A stretch of 64,000 bases of DNA from Octopus sinensis (lineage: Eukaryota). Where the stretch lies: the NCBI RefSeq assembly GCF_006345805.1, contig NC_043000.1:112592001-112656000 (forward strand), in the 5' to 3' direction. The translations under genes and the position numbers were made by a program. Below are positions 24,761 to 38,630 of the stretch, one piece after another. Below the pieces are notes generated by a model, which was given only the letters and a program-made list of their open reading frames with translations, made no database searches and was not told the DNA's origin. Position 1 is the first letter of the stretch, and the number at the start of each line of letters is the position of its first letter.

Positions 24761-24777
24761 AAGGTCACGGTGACCTT
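24761..24777. promoter_or_regulatory. Perfect estrogen-response-element palindrome (IR3)
   Basis: AGGTCA-cgg-TGACCT at 24762-24776, extended by one A/T pair; motif only, function untested. Confidence 0.4.
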
Positions 24778-25196
24778 GAAGCCACAGAATATCGAAATAC
24801 AACAACAACAACAACAGCAACAACAACAACAATAGCAGCGACTGCAGTAGTAGCAGTAGTAGCAGTAGTAGCAGCAGCAGCTAATTCTAACTTATTGAAC
24901 AAAGATCACAGACGTGGTCAGAGATACTTTCTCCGGTGGATGTAGTGGTGGTGGTGCTGGTGGAGATGGTGGTGGTGGTGGAGATGGTGTTGGTGGTGGT
25001 GGTGGTGGTGGTGGTGGTTTTCTGGTGGTGGAGATGGTGTTGTTGTTGCTGGTGGTGGTATTGGTGGCGATGGCCAATTACATCGATTCTGCTAATTTAA
25101 CGGTTTTTGTCTTGTTTAACCTCGTTGAAACGCTGTAGTTATGTCTTCCGCCTGGGCAGCCCCGGGCTAGCAGATCTTTTTCTTCATTTTTCTTTT

Positions 25197-25545
25197 CTTT
25201 TTCTATTTGTTTTGTTTCAGTCATTAGACTGCGGCCATGCTGGGGCACCGCCTTGGTCGAATGAATCGTCCCTAGTATCTATTGTTTTAAAGATTGGTAC
25301 TTACTCTGTTGATCTTTTTTGCCGAACCGCTAAGTTACGGGGATGTAAACACACCAGCACAGATTGTCAAGCTTTGGTGGGAGACGAGCATTCATTCACA
25401 CACACGCACATACAAAAATATACGGCGGGCTCTTTTCAGTTTCCGTCTACCAAATCAACTCACAAGGCTTTGGCCGGTCCAGGGCTAAAGTAGATGTTAC
25501 TTGTCCAAGATTCCATGCAGTAGGAACGAACTCAGAACCATGCAG
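25197..25545 (-). mobile_element. SINE family B
   Basis: Tail, short CA tract, core; head partly deleted. Confidence 0.9.
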
Positions 25546-26099
25546 CCAGAAGGTTTGTCTGTTATTCCTAGCATGTCGAGTTGGCACTTACAAACTCCCT
25601 CATTTGGTTCCTTGCAATATCAAACATCGAAGCTGACAAGAATCGTGATGGATGGAAACATACTAAGTAGCGTCACTTATTTTGATTTATCTCGGCGCCG
25701 TTGTATCGAATGACGATTAACGAAACAATGAGCTTTAAAATTGCATGACAAAAGCTTCATCTGCGTTTGGACGTCTTACTGAGCCACTCTGGAAAAACCA
25801 GAAGAGCTCAATGACACAAAAAATATAAAACCTGTGTGTGTGTGTGAGTGCGTGTGTTTTCTTGTTACTGTTCCTTCATCGAGTGAAGGGCAGCACCCAT
25901 GACTCTGAATCCGCTGGAAGCATTATCACCAGAGATCTGGCCCTAGTGCTTGCTACAGAAAGGTCTTAAGCTAAAAGCGCTCAAATATTAGATAGTGATC
26001 TTAAACTGGGTGGACGGTTCAGTAACTTCTCTCCCACCCCTCAGAAATAAAAAAAAGAAGACCTCCCCCCCCCAAACACCAAAAGCCGTCTGACGCCTT

Positions 26100-26260
26100 A
26101 CCAATTCCGTCAATCCGCTGTCCGGACTGGTATTTTATTTTATCGTCCCAGAAAGAATGATAGGCAAAGTTGACCCCCGTGGGATTGAACCTCGAGAGTG
26201 CAAAGAAGTAGTGTAAGGCATTTGTTGTATGCTTTAACGATTCTGTCAATTCGCTGCCTG
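26100..26260 (-). mobile_element. SINE family A, old decayed copy
   Basis: ttttatcgtcccagaaagaatgataggcaaagttgacc. Confidence 0.65.
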
Positions 26261-26344
26261 GAGCAGAAAAGAAACCTGAAAGTCTTCGAGCAGACTTATT
26301 ATACATTTAATATATCATGGTGGGTTAATTTCATTATTATTAAA

Positions 26345-26693
26345 GACGGCGAGTTGGCAGAAATGTTAGCACGCCGGGCGAAATGCTTTGCGGTATTCGT
26401 CTGCCGCTACGTTCTGAGTTCAAATTCCGCTGAGGTCGACTTTGCCTTTCATCCTTTCGGGATCGATTAAATAAGTACCAGTTACGCACTGGAGTCGATA
26501 TAATCGACGTAATCCGTTTGTCTGTCCTTGTTTGTCCCCTTTGTGTTTAGCCCCTTGTGGGTAGTAAAGAAATCGGTATTTCGTCTGCCGCTACGTTCTG
26601 AGTTCAAATTCCGCCGAGGTCGACTTTGCCTTTCATCCTTTCGGGGTCGATTAAATAGGTACCAGTTACGCACTGGGGTCGATATAATCGACT
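26345..26693 (+). mobile_element. SINE family A dimer
   Basis: Junction aaagaaatc|ggtatttcgtc at ~26575. Confidence 0.95.
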
Positions 26694-26802
26694 TTCACGA
26701 TGCAAGGGGCAAAGTTTACCGCGACAGAATTGGAACTGACAGTGCAGAGATTCGGACAAATATCATGAAGCACTTTGTTCGACGCTTTTAAAGACACTGC
26801 CA

Positions 26803-26856
<54 letters not shown>

Positions 26857-27339
26857 AGGTGTATGTAAGTACTATGTATGTATGTATGTATGTATGTGCG
26901 TGTGTGTATGTATGTATGTATGTATGTATGTATGTATGTATGTATGTATGTACGTGTGTGTGTGTGTGTGTGTGTCCGTCCGTACGTAAATGTGTCTCGA
27001 ATGGTAATTATATTTGTCACAGACCTATTAATTTTACTATTATCTTTCTTGCGAGATAATTATCTCAGTGATTAATGAAGATAATTAGTGTACATAATTA
27101 ATGAAACAACATCGTCGTTACCTCACCCCGCCACCATACCCCCTCCCCAAGGTGTATGAGTCAATATTTTTCAGGTAAATTTATCTTTGTCTCATTCATG
27201 GCTTCACAATTTCAAGAAAGAAGCAATTATCTTGTTGCTACTGTTCAGCCCAGAGTCAGTCTCGGATCAAGTTGGTAAATCATAAAAGGTTTGCTAGCCA
27301 CGACCATCACGTCTTTTATATTGCTGTTTTTTTCCTTTA

Positions 27340-27597
27340 CGGCTCTCCGTCGGTTACGACGACAAGGGTTCCAGTTGATCCAATCAATGGAACAGCCTGC
27401 TCGTGAAATTAACGTGGAAGTGGCTGAGCACTCCACGGACATGTGTACCCTTAACGTAGTTCTCGGGGAGATTCAGCGTGACACAGAGTGTGACAAGGCT
27501 GGCCCCTTCGAAATGCAGGTACAACAGAAACAGGAAGAAAGAGTGAGAGAAACTTGTGGTGAAAGAGTACAGCAGGTTCCCCGCCACCCCCTACCGG
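27340..27597 (-). mobile_element. Ceph-type SINE, 5' part lost at an adjacent SINE B
   Basis: Reverse complement of the 7450-7706 body and tail. Confidence 0.9.
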
Positions 27598-27599
27598 AT

Positions 27600-27822
27600 A
27601 TATACATTAGACTGTGGCCGTGCTGGGGCACCGCCTTGAAGAATTTTTAGTCGAACGAATCGATCCCCAGAACTTATTTTTAAGTCGGTCTCTTTTGCCG
27701 AGCCGCTTAATTACGGGGACGTAAACACACCAACAGCGGTTGTCAAGCGGCGGTGGGGATACAAACTCAGACACAAAGACACACACTCGTGTGTATATAT
27801 ATATTATATATATATATATATC

Positions 27823-27854
<32 letters not shown>

Positions 27855-28015
27855 ATATACGAAGGGATTCTGTCGGTTTCCGTCTACCAAATCCACTAAG
27901 AAGTCCTTGGTTAGAACGTGGTTATAGTAGAAGACACTTGCCCAAGGTGCCACGCAGTGAGACTGAACCCGGAAGCATGTGGTTGGGAAGCAAGCTTCTT
28001 GCCACACAGCCACAC
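27600..28015 (-). mobile_element. SINE family B, full length
   Basis: Internal TA tract. Confidence 0.9.
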
Positions 28016-28053
28016 CTCTCCCTATATACTGGAGAAAGTAGCGAAAGAGCAAG

Positions 28054-28259
28054 TACAGTTACAATATTGATTTTTCCAGAACCTTCCCGGAGTATTGATT
28101 TTTCCGAACCACGAGCAACCACCCTGGTCAGCACACTCTACATTATACAAATCTTAAATAATTAATTGAAAAACGGGTAACTGTAAATTAGTGTAAAATA
28201 GCGGGGATTATATGAAGTTCCGGACTATCAGTGTCCGAAAAATCGGTCTTGTACCTGTA
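28054..28259. mobile_element. Tc1/mariner-pogo-type MITE
   Basis: tacagttacaatattgatttttc vs reverse complement of right end, tacaggtacaagaccgatttttc; TA at both ends. Confidence 0.6.
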
Positions 28260-28289
28260 TATATTTCGACCACATTATTCTGTAAGGAG

Positions 28290-28510
28290 CATAGAGCAGG
28301 TTTTACGGTTTCTATTGCGTATATTCCTTCCCTAGATGGGACCCCCCAGTCCGTCGCACAGTTACTCATTTTTACCAGCTAAGTGGATTGGAGCAATGTG
28401 AAATGAAGTGTCTTGCTCAAGAACACAACGCGACACCCGCTCTGGAATCGAAATCACAATCTTTCGATCATGAGTCCAACACACAAACCATTAAGCCATG
28501 CGCCTCCACA
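28290..28510 (-). mobile_element. SINE family C
   Basis: cttgctcaagaacacaacgcg..ggaatcgaaatc. Confidence 0.85.
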
Positions 28511-28536
28511 TGTACCTTTGTATTGTAAATGGTAAT

Positions 28537-28748
28537 CTTTTCTACTCTAGGCACAAGGCCCGAAATTTTTGGGGAGGAGGCCAGTCGATTACATCGACCC
28601 CAGTGCGTAACTGGTTCTTAATTTATCGACCCCGAGAGGATGAAAGGCAAAGTCGACCTCGGCGGAATTTGAACTCAGAACATAACGGCAGACGAAATAC
28701 GGCTATGCATTTCGCCCGGCGTGCTAACGTTTCTGCCAGCTCGCCGCC
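28537..28748 (-). mobile_element. SINE family A, type-2 tail
   Basis: cttttctactctaggcacaaggcccgaaattt..ccagctcgccgcc. Confidence 0.95.
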
Positions 28749-29139
28749 TTGTATAGTAAACGGTAATAGATTAGTGAGGCTTGGTATCAGTAATTAGTGA
28801 GGGTCTGTACCTATAATTAATGAATCTAAGGAGTTCAAAAGTGAAGTGGAATACGGTTTACTGCGAAGAAGCAGAAAAGCGTAACATTTTGGTCGGGATG
28901 TTTCTTTGGTGAATTATGAATATAGATTTGACTAAATGAATATAGATAAAGCTAATATCAGTTAATGTTAGTTAACAACCGCATGGTACCTATTTAAAAT
29001 GAAGTGAACTGAGCTTAATTAAATAGTTGGTACCGAGGCAGAGAATCACTGACCATATATTACCCGGCGATTTGTGAGTCAAGGAATTTGGTAGAAACAT
29101 TTAACATTTGGATTATCATGGATTTAGTTCAGCCTTTGC

Positions 29140-29435
29140 TATTTCTTTATTGCCCACAAGGGGCAACGCTTAGAGGGGACAAACAAGTACAGACAAATGG
29201 ATTAAGTCGATTACATCGACCCTCTTTATTTCACGTTGCTCCAGTTCACTCAGCTGTAGAAATGAGCTGTGACGTCACTGGTGCCAAGCTGTATCGGCCT
29301 CTTTGCCTTTCCCTTGGATAACATCAGTGGTGTGCATGGGCAACTGCTGGTCTTCCATAAACAACCTTGCTCGGAATTGTGACTTGGAGGGTAACTTTCT
29401 AGATGTATTCCCATAGTCATTCATGACTGATGGGT
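29140..29435. mobile_element. Abutting fragments: SINE A tail (-) and SINE C core/tail (+)
   Basis: Switch at tcgacc|tctttatttcacgttgctccag (~29222). Confidence 0.8.
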
Positions 29436-29740
29436 GTCCCCAAGTGGTGGAGTAGTGGAGACGTTACTCTTTTAGGGTGGCTCACCTCGGAGTATCCCGG
29501 AGCGTCGCAGTGCTCCCCTTCGATCCATCCAACTTGTAGACCACGCGAACCACCGACGAAGAAGAGGCTTCGTGGGTAATATATGGCCCTTGATGTTCGC
29601 GGAACGGTGGAAATCGATCGCTGTTACTCATATCTGGAAATGTCAGCTGGTCTATATAATTTCCTTCTCATTTTTCACTTCACATTTCTTTCCGAGTTTC
29701 TTTCTTTCTTTCTTCCTTCCTTTCTTTCTTTCTTTCTTTC

Positions 29741-29842
29741 TCTTCAGGGTCGATAACAGAAGTACCAGCTTTGCACTGGAATCGATGTAGTCGATTCGTC
29801 CCCTCCTTCGAAACTGCCGGCCTTGCGTCAAAATTTGAAATC
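29741..29842 (+). mobile_element. SINE family A 3' part, type-3 tail ending in (ATC/ATT)n
   Basis: gggtcgataac..ggccttgcgtcaaaatttgaaatcatt. Confidence 0.75.
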
Positions 29843-30500
29843 ATTATCATTGTCATTGTCATCATCATCATCATTAATTATCATTAATTATCATTATCAT
29901 TGTTATCATTATTATTATTGTCATTGCTGTTGTTGTTGTTGTTGTTGTTGATCAGTTTGTCTCTTGATAGTGTTCGTTTCTAATGCTGTTCCTGCTGCCG
30001 TTGCCAGGGAGGTTTGGTGCTGCCGTCCTTTCCCCCTGTAGTGGTGGCAGTAACGGTAGCAGTAGTAGCAGCAGCAGTAGTAGTAGTAGTAGTAGCAGCA
30101 GCAGCAGCAGCAGCAGCAGTAGTTGTTGTTGTCAGAAAGTGTGGCATCGGATCTCCCATCTCTGCCTACGTCTCTTCAATAAGATTCACACCCAGCTGAC
30201 AGACAGACAGACACACATAAAGACAAACAGACAGACGTATGTAAAATATGACTGTGTGCGTTTGTGTGTGTGTGTTGGGTTGTGTGTGTGTGTGTGTGCA
30301 TATATATACATATACACACATATATGCTTGTGTGCATGTATGCGTGTGTGTATGTGTTAGTGGGTGTGTCTGTGTTGTGTGTGTTTCTCTATATATCTGT
30401 ATTCGTGCGCGTTTTCCTTTATTTATATGTGTGTGTGGTTGTGGTTATTACTGCAGTCTAGGGTAGTGGTGTGTGTGTGTGCGTGTGCGAGTGTGCGAGT

Positions 30501-30542
<42 letters not shown>

Positions 30543-30989
30543 TAGTGTGCTGCAATGTGGCTGTGTGCGGAAAAGGCCGCAGTGTAACGGTATGGGTGAG
30601 AGGGGGGAGGCACTGTAGGGATGTTGTTGTTGTTGTTGTTGGTGGTGGTGGTAGTAGCGGGGTGGTGGTGACGGTGGCGACGATGACAGTGGAGGTCGCG
30701 GTGGTGGTGGTGGTGGTGGTGGTGGTGGTGGTACTAGAGGCGATGTAGTGGTAGAGCCATCTGTTATGGAGACTATGAAATGTTATTTTTACTACTTCTG
30801 GAGGTGCAATGCAGCATGGGATGGAAATGGGCGGGGTTTTTTTTTCTGCTGGTGTTGTTGATGTTGTTGCTGTTGTTGTTGTTGTGAGTATTACCAATGT
30901 CAGCAGTAACCTGATTTCGATGCCAAACCGAATCTCTTTCTGCACATCGTGCCTGTCTGACTGTCTGTCTGATAGATCTCCACACACCT

Positions 30990-31190
30990 CAATTCCACCG
31001 CCACCCCGCCACCACCCCTCCATCACCACCACCACCACCACCACCACCATCACCACCACTACCATCACCACCACCACCACCAGCACCACCACCATCACAA
31101 CCACCACCACCACCACCACCATCACAACCACCACGACCACCACCACCATCACCACCAGCACCACCACCACCACCATCATCGTCATCATCA
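30990..31190. repeat. (CAC)n tract
   Basis: Direct reading. Confidence 0.95.
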
Positions 31191-31624
31191 TCGTTATTCT
31201 CTTCCCCCCATAAGACTGTGTCAGCTGATTGATTGCAAAATTTTTCCGACACATTCTTATGATTTTTCGTTTTTTTTTCCCAAATCTTCATGCTGCTCCT
31301 GACATCATAATGGCAGATGTAGTTTTTTTGTTCGCCTCCTATATAGCTGGACAAGATCTTATCCTGTATTACACACCCTCCGCACAAACACACTCAGATA
31401 TACATGCATACATACAAACCACATGCATATACACAAATATATATATATATAATATATATATATATAATATATATATATATTCATGTATACATACATACAC
31501 ACACACACATATATTACACATGCATGCATATATATATATTGTTAGCTATGTATATATAAATATATATATATGTATATATATATGCATGTGTATATGCGTG
31601 TAAATATATGTATACGTGTATGTG

Positions 31625-31671
<47 letters not shown>

Positions 31672-31829
31672 ATAATTAGGGAGGGGCGATTTAAATAAGA
31701 GTTTTGACTGTTATTTGCAGCAGGTACACATACTTGGTATGTCATTTGATTATATATATATATATATATATATATTCAATACTTAGGTTGCTAAGTAGAT
31801 TATAACATAAAAGGAAAATGAAAGCAATG

Positions 31830-32497
31830 AAGTTACTCGGGGACGCCATCAGTATGACAAAATAGTAATGCTAGAGTTAACATAATCTCCCGCCAGTTTC
31901 GACATATGATGCTTCGATAGTCCCGCCAACGATTTGCAAAGAAGGCCACAGATGTTGCAAGTATATGGATTACAGGTGAATGCAGGTGGTACATTTGCAG
32001 CTGCATTACTCCTTTGCCTTGCACCCCTAAGCCTGTTCAATCTGTTTGCAACAAAGTTTTTAATACCATTTTGACACAACGATCTCCATTTTGTTCATTC
32101 CAAGGCCGTTCGCTCAAAGGTGCTTCATTTCTAAGCCTGTCCTTTTATCTGAGCCATGACCGACCAACATGCTTGTGCTCACTCTCAAGCTGGCTGTACA
32201 TGAGGAGTTTGGGTATTCTTTCGTCACGACATGGCCAGCCCAGCGCAATTGTGATTTCATAAGGAAGCTCTCGATTCCACCAATCTTACACTTGATAAAG
32301 AAATCGGCATTGGAAACTCTGTCTTTTAGTAAATAACCCTAGATTCTCCTCAGACAGCCTTTGTGGAAGACGTTTAGTTGGTTAATGTGTCATCTATTCG
32401 GTATCCACGATTCTAAACCATACAAGAGAGCAGTAAGAATGGTAGCTTTATAGACCTGTGCTTTGATGTCACGTTTAATGCTCCTTTCATTCCATAG
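31830..32497 (-). mobile_element. RTE-clade LINE, 3' end, decayed
   Basis: Translates LWNERSIKRDIKAQVYKATILTALLYGLESW..FHKGCLRRI..DERIPKLLMYSQL..FTCNPYTCNICGLLCKSLAGLSKH, the typical RTE post-RT region and C-terminal Cys/His motif; stops and frameshifts. Confidence 0.9.
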
Positions 32498-32529
<32 letters not shown>

Positions 32530-32639
32530 TGTTTGTATGTATGCATGTATGTATGTATGTATGTATGTATGTATGTATGTATGCATGCATGCATGTATGT
32601 GTGTATGTATGTATGTATGTATGTATGCATGCATGTATG

Positions 32640-32673
<34 letters not shown>

Positions 32674-32830
32674 TGTATGTTGCATGCATGCATGTATGTG
32701 TGTATGTATGTATGTATGCATGTATGTATATATGTATGTATGTATGTATGCATGCATGCATGCATGTATGTATGTATGTATGTATGTATGCATGCATGCA
32801 TGTATATATGTATGTATGTATGTATATATA
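32498..32830. repeat. (ATGT)n/(ATGC)n microsatellite
   Basis: Direct reading. Confidence 0.95.
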
Positions 32831-33149
32831 TACATATATATATATCTATGAATGTATGTATCTATCTATCTACACACACATACACATACATACACACACA
32901 TATGTATGTATAAATATATATGTATTTATATATGTGTGTGTGTGTGTATTTACTCCAAGATTGGTAGTGAGATAGCTATAACATAATAGTTGATATATAT
33001 ATATATGCACGTATGTATGTATATAACATTGTATCGCATATAGAGACATACACACACATATACATATGTATATGTAACATATATATATTATATATATTAT
33101 AATATATATATATATTATATAGACTTATGTTTATACGTGTCTATGTGTG

Positions 33150-33188
<39 letters not shown>

Positions 33189-33721
33189 TTACAAAGCACG
33201 TAGTAGTGTCCTTGGCCATGACTCAACAAACGTCATACAATATAGAGACAGTATTTCTTTTTATTAACGTTGAAATGACGCTTGACAGCAAGACAGTCGT
33301 TTCAATAAATATCGTTTATCTTGTCAAAGGTAAAAATAAATGATACAACAACGGATGGGCGATAACGTTCTGCCGAAGCAAGTGTATTTGATCTGTGTAC
33401 ACAGCTGTTACTGATTCTCGGTATATCGATTTGTATATGCATCTCTGTGTGTGTGATTGCCATGAGTTTTCACCTGTATATACATCCGTAGAATAATTCA
33501 GGTCTAGAGATCTGTAAATACAGTGGAGGTGACTTCTGATATATATATATATATTCATATATAATATAAATAATTAATTTGAGGGAATATTATTCCTAAC
33601 TTACAGGGGAAAATTCAATTTAGAAAAAACTAAATCAAATTTCACAAAATATAATATAATATAATATAATATAATATAATATAATATAAGATAATATAAT
33701 ATATATATATATTATATATAT

Positions 33722-33753
<32 letters not shown>

Positions 33754-34167
33754 AATTAGAAAAAATCCACCTTTTATCAATTCAAAATGAACATTAAATT
33801 ACACCATCTAGAAAATTACATATAATAGAAATATTAAATATAAAATAACAATAATATACCGATGATTATATAATGTGCAAAATAATAAATAAAACATATA
33901 TTTGGTATATATATATTTGCCATTTGAATATGGCTAACCCCTAAGGGTGGATGCTACTGTAGTTTGTAGCCCCAGGATGCGTCACGATGTGTTACCGCTA
34001 CTGTTTATAACTCGCTCTGAGATTTATCATTGTTATATATATATATATATATATATATGCATACATGCATGTATGTATGTATGTATGTATGTATGTATGT
34101 ATGTATGTATGTATGTATGTTTGTACGTACGTACGTACGTACGTACGTATGTATGTATGTATGTATG

Positions 34168-34198
<31 letters not shown>

Positions 34199-34225
34199 GT
34201 ATGGGGAAAGTAAGAAGAAAAAAGG

Positions 34226-34435
34226 GAAAATGTACATTGACTATCAAAAAATAATAAAGGCTTTTTAATGAAAAGTAGCGATAAATAAATACAATTAAAC
34301 GAACTGAGGTAGAATTAAGAGGAATTAGATTCATCATTTTGAATTGTTTCTACCTCAGTTCAGCTAATTGCATTTATTTATCGCTTCTTTTCATTAAAAA
34401 GCCTTAATTCTTTTTGATAGTCAATGTGCATTTTC
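34226..34435. repeat. Fold-back inverted repeat, ~89-bp arms, 33-bp spacer
   Basis: 34226-34314 vs reverse complement of 34348-34435, about 90% identical by eye. Confidence 0.9.
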
Positions 34436-34764
34436 GCTTTTTCCCCTAAATCTTTTCCATGTGTAGTTTTCTATTTTCTTTATATATATATATATATATT
34501 ATATAATATATATATTATATATATATATATATATAATATATACTGTTGGTTCTGGGAGAGTTATTTTCTTTTTGTGCTTTAATTTAACACACTCACCGGT
34601 AAAATTTCCACTTATTTTTTTTATCTAAAATTTTCGTTCCAACCATTTCAAAATAGTCTTGACTCTTATAAGGCACGAAAAGAAAATGACTCCCCCCAGT
34701 CACACAGAATATGCTTCAACACAGGAACTCTCATAAAGAATCTTGCAAACCAAATCCCAAAACG

Positions 34765-34827
<63 letters not shown>

Positions 34828-35445
34828 TATATATATATGTATGTATGTATATGTATGTATGTATATAGACGGGCTTCTTTCAGTTTCCTTTGAACTTATA
34901 ACTCACATGAAGAGCTTCCACACGGTTTCTGTTTACTCTGTATTATACACAGCTCTTGGGATAATACTATGTTGTGATCTACCCCATAATGCCACAAAGT
35001 GGGATCGAATCGTAGATCTCGCGGTTGAGAAGTACTCTTCTTTACCACTCGTTCAATCCTGCGTCCGCCATCATCGTTATGACTGATATGCCATTACTAC
35101 TATTGCTACTACCTCCATCGCTACTACTACCTCTGCCACCACACCACAATAATCATACCACCACCATCATTAGAAACACCACCACCGCCACCACCATTGT
35201 GGTATTCCCTCCACCGTAATATTACCATAGCAGTGGCTAATAAGAGAGGTCATTGCACAAGTTGTCTCCTGTCAATCAGGATCCAGGTTTTACGGCGTTG
35301 CCGAGTCTTAGAATAACAATATTAACGACCGGGCTCTTAATTTAATGTCCCTTTCCAAGATAAGAGGCAAGGTACAGCCAATTACATCCATCCATACGTA
35401 CGTACACATGTATATATGTATGTATATATATACATACACATGTCC

Positions 35446-35528
<83 letters not shown>

Positions 35529-35647
35529 GATATAAATAGATAGACATACATTTTTGCTTTACTAGTTTCAGCTCAAGAGCTATGCCCATGCTGGAGCACG
35601 GCTGCTAGCTTTGCTATCATTGCTTAAAACCTCATCTGATATATAAT

Positions 35648-35695
<48 letters not shown>

Positions 35696-36129
35696 GAAGG
35701 TTTGGAGATGATATGTACAGGTATTTATAGTAGAAGAAAGAGGTACTCAGAAATTCGGATGGTTTTATATTTACAGATATTTATTTGTATATTTCATGTT
35801 TTTCATACATCATATAACTTAGATCATATATTAGCGCTTTCGGCCATTCTAGTGGAGTTTTCAAATTGAACTAAGTTCTTGTGGAATAATTTGGTCATTT
35901 TTATAGTGTTATTGAGTGTGTAGTGGTGGGGAGGGATATGCGATAGTACAAGAGGGTGATGAATGGGGAGAAAGTGAGAGAGAGAGCATGTGTGTGTGTG
36001 TGTGTGTGTGTGTTTGTATCTGTAAGAAGTGTTAGAGAAAAAGAAGTAAAGGAAGAAAAGGGAGAGAAAGAAGAAAAAATTGTTTTGTTGGTCTTTTTTG
36101 TAGCTGGTCAGGCTGTTTACTCCAAGGAG

Positions 36130-36533
36130 GGGGGGTTAGGTGTCATATATATACACACGAGCAAAACGCCCCCCGTCTAAAGGACGGTGCTGAGTTGTCA
36201 AACATTTAAACCAAATTTTCTCAAAACAACTTGTCCGACCGTCTCATAGGCCTCCCCTTTGAGAAACACTGATTTAACCTAACTTTGAGACACCAGTAAA
36301 AGAAGAAATAAAGATAGACTTTTTTTCTATTCCAAGAAAAACAATTTTACAAATTCACGTTCCCATGGCTTTATCGATGGCATTCTCACCTGGAATCGAT
36401 TTCTGTTATTTTTTCAAGACTTATACATGCCCCGATACCGTCGGTATCTACATATCAAATTTGAGCGCAATCAGATGGAGGATGCCCGAGATCCGAGAAG
36501 ACACACACACACAGAGACAGACAGAACGGATTT

Positions 36534-36540
<7 letters not shown>
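36130..36540 (+). mobile_element. Possible Helentron-associated (DINE-1-like) element
   Basis: atatcaaatttgagcgcaatcagatg..gagatcc..acagagacagacagaacggattttatata resembles the DINE/HINE layout. Confidence 0.45.
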
Positions 36541-36585
<45 letters not shown>

Positions 36586-36729
36586 ATGTGTGTGTGTGTG
36601 TGTGTGTATGTATGTACAGAGTAAGAAGGAAATAAAAGATTGTGAGTAAATACTTGTAAATTAGCTGGAGTTTTCAATTGCTTTTCTCTACTAAAATATT
36701 GCGTAATGAAATCGTTTCATTCTTTTTGA

Positions 36730-36748
36730 ATAACCCCGTATATATATA

Positions 36749-36781
<33 letters not shown>

Positions 36782-37060
36782 GTATATATATATATAATAT
36801 ATATTATGTATATATATATATATATATTATATATATAGAAATGTATATATATATATATGTATATATATATATGTATAATATATATATATAACATATATAT
36901 ATATGTATATATATATATATATGTATATATGTATATATATGTATATATATTATATTATATATATTATGTATGTATATATATATATGATATATATTATATA
37001 TACGTATAATATATATAATGTGTGTATATATATATATATGTATATACATATATATATATC

Positions 37061-37096
<36 letters not shown>

Positions 37097-37100
37097 ATAT
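36730..37100. repeat. Long imperfect (AT)n tract
   Basis: Direct reading. Confidence 0.95.
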
Positions 37101-38317
37101 ACATATATCTTTATTTTCAGGCCAGCCCAAAAGTTTATTTTCAATTACTATGCATGTCAGTGTCCATGCATAATTCCATTAATATAGATCACTCGGCCTT
37201 CTCTCCTCTCTTTCCCGTCATCCTCTCCTCACTCTCTCTCTCTCTCTTTCTCTCTCTCTCTTTCTGTCTTGTTCTCTTTGTTTCTTTCTTTTCTTCCTCT
37301 TGTTTTTGTTCTCCATCCCTGTCACTATCACCGCCATTAGTTGAGATCAGCCTCCAGCCCTTCGCTTCTCCACCCCTATCTAATTACCCAATTGGTTCTT
37401 CTCACCGCCCCGAAATTTTCCTCCTCCCCACTGGTCCCTCTTTTCTTAGGACTTTGCATTGAAAGCGTGTGTATATTTACGCGTATGTTCGTATGTGTGT
37501 GTTTGTATGCATGTGCGTGTGTGTGTGTGTGTGTGTTTGGCTGTACGTGAGTGTGTGTGTGTGTGTGTGTGCATGTGGAAGTGACCGGGTGGATGTGGAG
37601 AAAGTAGCAGTATGAGATAAATTTCGCAGTAGTTATGGCGCGGGTGGTAATAATGATGTTGATGACGATAATGATGATGACAATGCTGACGTCGACGATG
37701 ATGATAATGATGATGAGGAGGAGGAAGAGGAGGAGGAGGGGGATTTTAATGACAGCACAGCAGTAATGTTGATAACATTCATGATGATGATGATGATGAT
37801 GATGATGATAATGATGGTGGTGATAATGACCTTGATAATGATAGCGGAAGTCAGACAAGATATCGAAATTTAAAAAACGCAATCAACAGCAAATGTTATC
37901 CAACACAATGCGACTTTTATCGGAAATTGCTTTGATGCCCGGATCATAAGTCGAACATTTTTATTTTAAATTATGAATTTTACAGACTTTGGTCAGATAA
38001 CGTACTGTGCTACTGCGATTCCATTGAATTCTTTTTGCAAAAATATTTGTTTCTCACCGATAAGCTTTCCAAAAAAAAGTCGATATAATAGTGGATACAA
38101 ATTTTTTAGTGTTTTTTTTTTGTGAATTAATTAACAGGAATTGAATTTTAGAAAGTAGCTATCAATTTGTCTGGTGATGGAATCTTTGGAATTTCGATCT
38201 ATTTCAATCTTCGACAAGTTTGGTATTTTGATTTGACTTCTTCGCATTCTTTCCCCTCGCGCTCGCGTTTGTGTGCGCGTGTGTAATGTATATGAGTGTG
38301 CGTGCGTGCGTGAGCGT

Positions 38318-38356
<39 letters not shown>

Positions 38357-38411
38357 TGTGTGTGTGTGTGTATGTGTGTGTGTGTGTGACTGTGTGCGTG
38401 CGTGTATACAT

Positions 38412-38630
38412 GTCTGGCCAAACAGCCTGAGGGAAGCAAACTTCCGGGTCAAGGTTCTCGCCATAGAGGTTGGAGCTAGAATTTTGTGGGCAAATCTGCT
38501 CACGATCTAATGAAACAGCTCTCAGTCTCTGGGAAGAACAGGTCCAAAGCCCTAAAGGTAATATCCGAGATAGCGGCGTAGTGTTCTAGCTGGATCTGTT
38601 CGAGGTGGAGTAAAAACGGCCTCAATACCA
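38412..38630 (+). mobile_element. Hero-like (restriction-like endonuclease) non-LTR retrotransposon, C-terminal fragment
   Basis: FRVKVLAIEVGAR/FVGKSAHDLMKQLSVSGKNRSKALKVISEIAA*CSSWI; one frameshift, one stop. Confidence 0.8.

Noticed and set aside
34226-34435. miRNA precursors in the long hairpins (also 39397-39569)
   Set aside because: Arm and loop sizes and AT-richness fit repeat-derived fold-backs; no small-RNA data are available.
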